NCBI GenBank assembly: GCA_963664875.1
Contig: OY761611.1
Location: 64,001-128,000 of the forward strand
Source of the DNA: Candidatus Kapaibacterium sp.
Lineage (GTDB): Bacteria > Bacteroidota > Ignavibacteria > Kapaibacteriales > UBA2268
Reading direction: 5' to 3'
DNA length: 64,000 nt
The position numbers and the translations under genes were made by a program. A model generated the notes under the pieces. It saw only the letters and a list, made by a program, of their open reading frames with translations, was not told the origin of the DNA and did no database searches. Positions within the stretch are counted from its first letter, which is position 1. Each line of letters opens with the position of its first letter. Below, piece by piece: positions 56,678 to 64,000 of the stretch.

Positions 56678-59575
56678 ATGATAAAAAATATGCTGAAAGC
56701 ATTATGCATAGCAGCCTCGCTCGGTATTTTGTCAACAGGCTTGTCGGCAGATGATATCAAACTTCCTGCTTCTTTAAGCAGAGAAACTACTTATCAGATA
56801 AAGCAATTAGATAATTCAAAAACTTCACTAAAAAACTGGACCATCGTTAATGATGATGTTACAGGTAAACCCAAAAGAGCATTTGGTACTCCAGTGAATT
56901 TTGCTGATTTTGGCATGCCTAGCGAAGGAAATGTAGAGCAGATTGCCCGCAGATTTTTTGAATTGTATGGCAACGATTTTGGAATAAGTACATCTGATAT
57001 CAGACTTGTTGCTAAAAATTATGCTAATAACAGGTGGCATGTAAAATTTAAACAGTATTATAATGACATGGAAGTTATGTTCTCGGACATTTCTGTTACC
57101 ATTTTTAAAAACGGTAATATAATGTCTGCTAATACCGAATTTTACAACGATATTGATGTACCTGCTCAGCCAAAAATCAGTTATCAGACTGCAATCAACA
57201 GAGCCTCCGACAAATCGACAAAAGCAAAGATTAAAGATGTAATTCTATCCAAACCATTGCTAAAAGTAATGCCTTATGTAGTAAACAAGAGCCTTGCTTA
57301 TAAACTGGTATATGAACATCAGTACCAAACAAATGAGCTAAATGAGCAATTTACTTCTTACGTTGATGCTAATTCAGGCGAAGTTTTATGGCGATTCGGC
57401 AATCTTATGCATGCTGCTAAAGAAGTAAAAGTTAGTGGCATTATCAAAGATAAATATGCTGATGCTGCTAAAGAATCAAAATACTTCCCAAATCAAAAAA
57501 TAAGAGTTGATGGCAATATTTATTATACTGATAAAGATGGCAAGTTAGCACTAAATACTGAATCTACTGATGCAACTGCATATTTGGACGGAAAATATGT
57601 ACAAGTGTATAATGTAAATGAATCAATTTCTCAGGATAACTTTTCTTTGTCAGGAAGCAATGTAGAATTCAGTTGGAGTGATGAAAATTCTACTCTTTTT
57701 GAAAGAAATCTATACTATCACACCAATGTTGTACATCAATACTTTAAAACTATAGATCCTAATCAGAATTTCTGTGATTTTCCGATAGAAGTATCTCTAA
57801 TGAGCGGTACCGGTTCTCCTAATGCAATGTCAGGTGGGGAACAGATATATTTTATTAATATTGACAATACGTCTGCAGAGCTTGCAGGTTCAGGTAGTGT
57901 GCTTTATCATGAGTATGGACATAGTATGAATAGATTTCACTATGCAGCGAGTGGCTCGAATGTTGGTATGATCAATACTGCTTGCAATGAAGCTCTTGCT
58001 GATATTACTTCGTGTGCTATTCTGAACGATTCACAAGTCGGAAAAAGCGTATTTACAAGTGACAGAAATCGATTTATTAGAGATGTAAATAATGACAATA
58101 AATACCCGGACGATGTAGAAAGTGATCCGCATTATACAGGTCAAATTTTGGCAGGAGCCCTATGGGATTTCTATAAGCTAACCGATATGGAAACTTTGAA
58201 TAGAGTTTCTCACTTTGCTAAATATGAAACTCCTGACGATGCTAATGACGGTAATTCATTTGCAGAATGGTTCCTTGCTTGTATAGTAGCAGATGATGAT
58301 GATGGAGATTTATCCAATGGGACTCCGCATTTGCAAGAGTTGGTAACAGCCTTTGATAAGCATAATATTGGAATTAGTCTCATTTCAGGAAAAGCATTCT
58401 ATCATAAACCTGTTGGACTATATACTAACGGCAATGGTTCTTATGATGTTAACTTTAGTTTTGCAACAGGCACAAATTATGAATTCCTAAAAAGCTTAGT
58501 TCAAGTAGAAAAAGCAGAAGTAGTCTGGTCGCACTGGGGTTCGCAGGAGTTTCATACGGTAGATGCCACAATAAATCCTGATGGCACATATTCTGCAAAA
58601 ATTCCGGAACAGCAAAACGGTTCTATACTGAAATATCATGTTAATCTCACACTTTCAAGCAGCGACGATGTAATTCAATATTCCTCAGAAGAATCATTTG
58701 AAGGTGGCGATCTTTTATTCGTTGGTTATAAAACATTCTTTGAAGATGACTTTGAGTCAGAAAAAGGCTGGGTAATTGGTGAAGACGAAGACGATGCTAC
58801 TCAAGGGATATGGGAGAGAGAAATACCCCAGGAAGTACTCTTCCAAAGATATCAGTTCCAACCGGGCGAAGATCATTCTGAAAATGGAGAATACTGCCTT
58901 GTAACTGATAAATATGGTGAAGATGATATGGCATTCCTATATTCTTATGCCGACGGAAGAACAACAGTTACATCGCCTCGCATAGATTTATCAAAAGCAT
59001 TTAGACCTGTTTTAGAATATTATCACTGGACAATGATTGCGAATTTTAGTAACAGTTCTCATCAGGTTGGTTCAGATTTTTATGTCAGCAACGATGACGG
59101 TTTGACTTGGACCAAAATAGACGAGCTTAATAAAGATATGATGTCATGGAGCAAACGATACGTAGATATTAAAAAATATATTAGCGATTTTACAAATCAA
59201 ATGAGATTTAAAGTTGTTGCAGATGGTTATACTCAAAGTGGTGGAGAGTTAGTTTTACTGGAAGTGCTTGTAGATGACCTGAAAATTATGGATTTGGATC
59301 CGGATGTATCCGTCGCATCTAATCAAGAAATTGGTATGAAGCTATTTCCTAATCCTGTAAGCGATAACTTATCTGTGATTTCTGATACAATGATTGAAGC
59401 AATCGAAATTACTGACATTTTTGGGAATACTGTTTATACTGCCTCAAATTTATCATCTGACAATATGCTTTGGGATTTGTCGGACATAAACGGCAATAAA
59501 GTAGCAAGCGGAACTTATTTTATCAGAATAACCGATGCAGATGGTGTTAAAGTAAACAAAATCATAGTGCAGTAA
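56678..59575 (+). CDS. Secreted M4/M36-like zinc metallopeptidase with T9SS type-A C-terminal domain
   Basis: Signal peptide; FTP/PepSY-like propeptide (VKFKQYYN, YVDANSGEVL); HEYGH...NEALAD; PHYTGQI; C-terminal FPNP...SGTYFIRI....KIIV. Confidence 0.85.
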   Translation: MIKNMLKALCIAASLGILSTGLSADDIKLPASLSRETTYQIKQLDNSKTSLKNWTIVNDDVTGKPKRAFGTPVNFADFGMPSEGNVEQIARRFFELYGNDFGISTSDIRLVAKNYANNRWHVKFKQYYNDMEVMFSDISVTIFKNGNIMSANTEFYNDIDVPAQPKISYQTAINRASDKSTKAKIKDVILSKPLLKVMPYVVNKSLAYKLVYEHQYQTNELNEQFTSYVDANSGEVLWRFGNLMHAAKEVKVSGIIKDKYADAAKESKYFPNQKIRVDGNIYYTDKDGKLALNTESTDATAYLDGKYVQVYNVNESISQDNFSLSGSNVEFSWSDENSTLFERNLYYHTNVVHQYFKTIDPNQNFCDFPIEVSLMSGTGSPNAMSGGEQIYFINIDNTSAELAGSGSVLYHEYGHSMNRFHYAASGSNVGMINTACNEALADITSCAILNDSQVGKSVFTSDRNRFIRDVNNDNKYPDDVESDPHYTGQILAGALWDFYKLTDMETLNRVSHFAKYETPDDANDGNSFAEWFLACIVADDDDGDLSNGTPHLQELVTAFDKHNIGISLISGKAFYHKPVGLYTNGNGSYDVNFSFATGTNYEFLKSLVQVEKAEVVWSHWGSQEFHTVDATINPDGTYSAKIPEQQNGSILKYHVNLTLSSSDDVIQYSSEESFEGGDLLFVGYKTFFEDDFESEKGWVIGEDEDDATQGIWEREIPQEVLFQRYQFQPGEDHSENGEYCLVTDKYGEDDMAFLYSYADGRTTVTSPRIDLSKAFRPVLEYYHWTMIANFSNSSHQVGSDFYVSNDDGLTWTKIDELNKDMMSWSKRYVDIKKYISDFTNQMRFKVVADGYTQSGGELVLLEVLVDDLKIMDLDPDVSVASNQEIGMKLFPNPVSDNLSVISDTMIEAIEITDIFGNTVYTASNLSSDNMLWDLSDINGNKVASGTYFIRITDADGVKVNKIIVQ

Positions 59576-59633
59576 GTTTAGCTACAAAACTTTGCTGATA
59601 TGGCAGCAATTTACAGACGATAAAATTGATTTA

Positions 59634-59676
59634 AAGGGTAGGGGATGAAGTTGATTCTCTACCCTTGATTTTTTTT
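59634..59676 (+). terminator. Intrinsic terminator
   Basis: AAGGGTAGGGGA / TCTCTACCCTT stem followed by a T8 run. Confidence 0.7.
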
Positions 59677-59806
59677 GAGCTTGGAAAGGTAGTGTAAATT
59701 AAACTCTGTCTGTTTCATCTTCAAGGCGGACATCAATCTTTATCTCGTCATTATCTGTGCTATAGATAAGCATTTCGCAGTTATTTTGTGTATTTTCTTT
59801 TTTATC

Positions 59807-60169
59807 TTACAAGTACAATTCAATTCTGGTACAATCACAACTAATATACTCTCCATCTCGAATATATGAAGGAAGGTAACCCAAGCATATTTCAAAATCA
59901 AATACACAAACAATACCATCTTTACGATTTATCACTTTTCCTACTATATGATAATCCCACAAGTCAGTTTGCTCTTCCAATAAAAAAACAGCATCATCAA
60001 CAATCTTTACATTTTCAACTATCAAAACATTAAGTGGTACATTAATTGTTTCAAACAACTTGAATTCTAATGGGTGTGAAAATGCATTTATTGTTCTTGT
60101 CCCATCTGAAATAACTATTGAAGCTTCTAACGCTTCTTCATCAAGCCAATCAATTTTAATAATTTTCAT
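59807..60169 (-). CDS. Hypothetical protein (possible orphan immunity protein)
   Basis: Probable start ATG 60169 (MKIIKIDWLDEE) after AGGAA; acidic, beta-rich, about 120 aa. Confidence 0.6.
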   Translation of the reverse strand: MKIIKIDWLDEEALEASIVISDGTRTINAFSHPLEFKLFETINVPLNVLIVENVKIVDDAVFLLEEQTDLWDYHIVGKVINRKDGIVCVFDFEICLGYLPSYIRDGEYISCDCTRIELYL

Positions 60170-60310
60170 ATTATATTTCCTAATATATCTAAAAGTATTC
60201 AGTGCTTTTTTTTGCAATTGCTTGAGTGTCTTAATATGGAAAGTAGTTATATCACCAGATATTTTCATGTTCTATTGACTTAAACCCAATCTCTATTTCT
60301 ATTCATATCT

Positions 60311-60946
60311 CTATAAACTTTTCGAACGATTGGCATCGACATAAGAACGTAAGCATTCTAAGACCTTATGTGTCTCTTGTATTAGCTCATACTCACTCAC
60401 ATCATAAGGTTCCATAAGATCAGGATCCTCTTCTAATGAATCACAGGTTGTGCTAAGTCTAGACAGTAGATCTTCAACACTTTCTATATCTTCTTTACCT
60501 TCGATCGCATTTATAACATCGATATTTGAAGTAGGATATAAATGTCCCCAACTATATACACTATTTAGAGAAAAAATAGATTTAGTATAAATATCGTTAT
60601 CAATAGTCTTATTAAGATAGTTTTCTAAGAACAAAATCCATACATTTAAAAGATCAACTTTATCCACTTGAATAGAATTTATCTCTAAAAAATCAAATAA
60701 TTTCTTAGCTTCTTGTTCCCAGTCTATCTTTCTAAATGTATTATCAAAATCATTATAAAATGCACGATAAGACATTCTATAAAATTCATCTAATTTATTT
60801 TCTATATTTTTATTTGTGAATAAATTATTATTCCTCAAAATTTGATATAAATCTATATACTGACCAACGAAATAAGCATCATTAAACTTAATCTCATATC
60901 CTAAACGTATTTTGATTAAGCTTCTAACTAATATGATATCATACAT
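60311..60946 (-). CDS. Hypothetical AT-rich protein
   Basis: ATG 60946 preceded by AGGAGG; N/I/Y/K-rich helical sequence. Confidence 0.6.
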   Translation of the reverse strand: MYDIILVRSLIKIRLGYEIKFNDAYFVGQYIDLYQILRNNNLFTNKNIENKLDEFYRMSYRAFYNDFDNTFRKIDWEQEAKKLFDFLEINSIQVDKVDLLNVWILFLENYLNKTIDNDIYTKSIFSLNSVYSWGHLYPTSNIDVINAIEGKEDIESVEDLLSRLSTTCDSLEEDPDLMEPYDVSEYELIQETHKVLECLRSYVDANRSKSL

Positions 60947-61040
60947 TATGTTCCTCCTATTCTTTGGTTTCCGTTTCTTTGCTTTTTTATCGCACAAAAA
61001 AAGAAGTTGAAAAAGTAACACCAATCTCTTATTTAAATCA

Positions 61041-61145
61041 CCTGTAAAGGTAAGTCTTGCCGCCCTTACAGGGTTCTGTTTACTCAATACTTGCAAACGT
61101 CCCATGGCGCTGCCATGGGCTATTATCTATCAGCCTTTCATGCTG
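61041..61145. repeat. REP-like palindromic element
   Basis: CCTGTAAAGG...CCCTTACAGG; CCCATGGC-GCT-GCCATGGG (61101-61119); CAGCCTTTCATGCTG. Confidence 0.6.
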
Positions 61146-61378
61146 AAAAAAAAATTCCACATTCAGTCAACAAATTAAACAAAGTTTAAAATAATAAATT
61201 TTTCTTTCTTGTAATATGATTTTAGAAAAGACAAATCTTTACTACAAGTACTTCCCACCTACCATCAAGTTACTAAAATATTAAGATAAAAAACAATTGA
61301 AATTTCTCTACATTATCGCAATATGCCTAAAAGTAATATTTTTGAGGGTAAGTTTTTTCAAGTTGGTATATATAACAC

Positions 61379-61414
61379 AAAAAAAGGAGCTCTCTTAAAA
61401 GAAAGCTCCTCTTT
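61379..61414 (-). terminator. Intrinsic terminator of pruA
   Basis: AGGAGCT...AGCTCCT stem with an A-run on the + strand (U-tract on the minus strand). Confidence 0.75.
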
Positions 61415-61441
61415 GTATATCTCTAAGAGACTTATTAAGTC

Positions 61442-62983
61442 TTAGTATCTTGTTGTAACTGATTTACCTTGCATGAATAATGCTAAGTAATCGCGGCTAC
61501 CTGCTTTAGAGTCTGTACCAGACATATTGAAACCACCGAATGGCTGTACGTCAACCAATGCACCAGTGATTTTTCTGTTTAGGTATAAGTTACCGCAGTG
61601 GAATTCGCGTTTAGCTCTCTGCAATTTAGCAACATTATTAGAAATAACGCCACCAGTCAAACCATAGATAGTGTTGTTTGCAATCTTCAAAGCATCATCA
61701 TAATCTTCTGCTTTGATAATCGCCAAAACAGGCCCGAAGATTTCTTCCAAAGAAATTTTTGCATCAGGAGCAACATCTGTAAATACAGTAGGTTTGATGA
61801 AATATCCGTTGCCTTCTGCTTTTTCACCGCCTGTAAGCAATGTACAGTTAGCTTTACCCCATTCGATATATTCCAAAATTGATCTTTCTGCAGAAGCACT
61901 AACAACAGGTCCCATGCGGAAGTTATCAGCAGGGTTACCCATTTGAATTTTTTCTACTTCTGTTTTTACTCTTGCTACAAATTCATCGTAGATAGATTTA
62001 TCAACAACTACGCGAGAGCAAGCAGAGCATTTTTGACCTTGGAAGCCAAATGCAGAAGTAACTGCAGCATCTACTGCCAAATCCATATCTGCTTCAGAAT
62101 CAACGATAAGAGTGTCTTTACCGCCCATTTCAGCGATAACGCGTTTAATCCAGATTTGACCCGGAGATTTTTTAGCAGCTAATTCATTGATTCTTAGACC
62201 AACTTCCATAGATCCTGTGAATGAGATGAAGCGAGTAAGTGGGTGCTCTACCATGTAGTCACCTGCTTCTGCACCTGAAGCCACAAAGAAGTTCAATACA
62301 CCTGCAGGAAGTCCGGCTTCGTGCATGATGTTTGAGAATAACCAAGCCATCATTGGAGTTTCAGAAGAAGGTTTCATAACTACAGTATTGCCGGCAGCAA
62401 TCGCAGCAGAAGAAATACCAATCATGATAGCAAACGGGAAGTTCCAAGGTGGAATACAAAGACCAACACCTAACGGAATATAGAAATAGTTGTTGTCTTC
62501 GCCAGGGTAAGGAGTAACTTCCTGACGTTGAGCATAGCGGATAGCTTCACGACCGTAGAATTCTAAAAAGTCGATAGCTTCGCAAGTGTCCGCATCAGCT
62601 TCTAAGAAGTTTTTACCTGCTTCGGAGATCATCCATGCATTAATTTCTAATCTTCTTCTTTTGATAACAGCAGCAGCTTTGAAAAGGTATTGTGCTCTTT
62701 CGTAAGCATCAACATATTTCCAAGTTTCGAAAGCTTTTGCAGCAGATTGGATAGCTTCTTCAGCTTCTTTTTGTCCGCCTTTCTGGAAAGTACCAATCAA
62801 CTCGTCTTTGTTAGCTGGATTATAAGATTTAGTTTTTTTCTCTGTAAATACTTCAACGCCATTGATGATGTTGCCATATTCTTTACCAAATTGGGCACGA
62901 ACTTTTTCAATAGCTTCTTTCTGTGCTTTGAAAATTTCAGGATTGCTAAAATCCAAATAAGTCATATTAGCAAAAGGTTGCAT
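61442..62983 (-). CDS. pruA: L-glutamate gamma-semialdehyde (P5C) dehydrogenase
   Basis: EAIDFLEFY, IPPWNFP, FTGS, AEMGGK, AFGFQGQKCSACSR, EEIFGP, QPFGGFNMSGT; start ATG 62983 after AGGAG. Confidence 0.93.
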   Translation of the reverse strand: MQPFANMTYLDFSNPEIFKAQKEAIEKVRAQFGKEYGNIINGVEVFTEKKTKSYNPANKDELIGTFQKGGQKEAEEAIQSAAKAFETWKYVDAYERAQYLFKAAAVIKRRRLEINAWMISEAGKNFLEADADTCEAIDFLEFYGREAIRYAQRQEVTPYPGEDNNYFYIPLGVGLCIPPWNFPFAIMIGISSAAIAAGNTVVMKPSSETPMMAWLFSNIMHEAGLPAGVLNFFVASGAEAGDYMVEHPLTRFISFTGSMEVGLRINELAAKKSPGQIWIKRVIAEMGGKDTLIVDSEADMDLAVDAAVTSAFGFQGQKCSACSRVVVDKSIYDEFVARVKTEVEKIQMGNPADNFRMGPVVSASAERSILEYIEWGKANCTLLTGGEKAEGNGYFIKPTVFTDVAPDAKISLEEIFGPVLAIIKAEDYDDALKIANNTIYGLTGGVISNNVAKLQRAKREFHCGNLYLNRKITGALVDVQPFGGFNMSGTDSKAGSRDYLALFMQGKSVTTRY

Positions 62984-63254
62984 GTGATTGCTCCTGAGCT
63001 TGTGTGTTAAAAAAAAATATATGTGATTCGATTGTTTTTTTGCATTGCCTATAAAACACAAAAATACAAAAGCATGCAGAATTCAAAAACTGAATTTAGT
63101 CCACATTTGTTTTGCATTTTCATGGTAAGTCATTACAAACTTCAGTTTAAGGAAAATACTGAAACTGTGCAAGTTACATTTTGTTTATCTATTACTTACT
63201 TTGTCCTGTCTTTCCTAAGCTGACATTTGAAGGTTTATACAAGTCAGTGAGCAA

Positions 63255-64000
63255 TTAGTTCTGTGTTGCCTGCAATTCTGCAATTAGTTTTGCAAAATCG
63301 TCTTCTTCTATTGTATATTTTTCGTTACAATAGTGGCATGTAAGTTCGTTGTCGCCTACTTTTTTCATGTCTTGTATTTCTTCCAATCCAATTGTTTTTA
63401 GTTTCCCGAGGAAATTCTCTTTACTGCAACGACAGTAAAAATCAATTTGAGAACTTTTTACTAATTCAAATTCAAAAGGCAATATCTCTCTCATCATGTC
63501 CAAAGGTGTCATACCTTTTTCAAAATAATCGCTTAAAGATTGAATTTTTATTAGTGCCTCATACAGCATTTGGTTATCTTCATCAGTAGCACCCGGCATA
63601 GATTGTACTATAATCCCGCCTGATTGTTTGATCCAGCCCTCTTCGTCGAATGTAACATCCAAAATCACTGCAGAAGGTATTTGCTCTGATTGGTGATAGT
63701 AGTAAGATAAGTCAGAAGCAATGTCTCCGCCTTGAAGAGGAATTACACCCTGCACCGGTTCATTACTGTTGTAAATGTATCTGGTTACTTTGAACAATCC
63801 AAGCCCGAGAGCATCTGATAGATCATTTATTTTTCGGTCGTTAGCATCAGCAGCAAGATTGACAAATCCTCTTACTTCGCCTACCTGAATAGCTTCTGCT
63901 AAGACTCTGCTGATTGGACCGTTACCCTCTGCTTCTACTACAATTCGCTCATCGCCTTTTAGAAACATAGCTAATGAAGATGCTGCAGACATAGTCCGAG
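63255..64000 (-). CDS. hslO: Hsp33 redox chaperone (5' end off window)
   Basis: GNGPI, GEVRG, QSEQIPS, GGIIVQ.MPG, CRCS and CHYC zinc motif. Confidence 0.94.
   Translation of the reverse strand, partial: RTMSAASSLAMFLKGDERIVVEAEGNGPISRVLAEAIQVGEVRGFVNLAADANDRKINDLSDALGLGLFKVTRYIYNSNEPVQGVIPLQGGDIASDLSYYYHQSEQIPSAVILDVTFDEEGWIKQSGGIIVQSMPGATDEDNQMLYEALIKIQSLSDYFEKGMTPLDMMREILPFEFELVKSSQIDFYCRCSKENFLGKLKTIGLEEIQDMKKVGDNELTCHYCNEKYTIEEDDFAKLIAELQATQN

Noticed and set aside
60947-61105. N-terminal extension of the 264-aa ORF
   Set aside because: It runs through the REP-like element; the better start with AGGAGG is at 60946

Overview
AT-rich bacterial chromosomal window, most consistent with the Bacteroidota/Chlorobi/Ignavibacteria/Kapabacteria clade. 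This is inferred from TAnnTTTG-type promoters, a T9SS C-terminal domain protein and a BatA-domain protein. Housekeeping content includes rluB, surE, rseP, dxr, rne/rng, the SRP RNA ffs, tmk, mpg, dusB, priA, htrA, lptB, sbcCD (sbcC frameshifted), pruA and hslO. There are three signalling blocks: (i) PAS kinase, sigma54 activator, HEAT protein and CheR at the left edge; (ii) small protein, HDOD, kinase and REC-kinase appended to the surE operon; (iii) a receptor-less cheA(2xHPt)-W-R-B, hybrid kinase and CheY-like cluster behind lptB. The most notable locus is 12343-23986, a same-strand cluster encoding NTP transferase, DUF2141, an ATP-grasp enzyme with ITPK1-like motifs, a CDP-alcohol phosphotransferase with an altered motif, a flippase-like membrane protein, a HAD hydrolase and myo-inositol-1-phosphate synthase. 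These are followed by TolC, MlaC-like, MMPL/RND and TetR genes, and candidate operator palindromes flank the promoter. This looks like a regulated inositol-lipid (or inositol-phosphate) synthesis and export system. Also present are an exosortase pair next to a T9SS metallopeptidase, two AT-rich orphan ORFs and REP-like palindromes. All assignments are from motif reading only; no searches were run.
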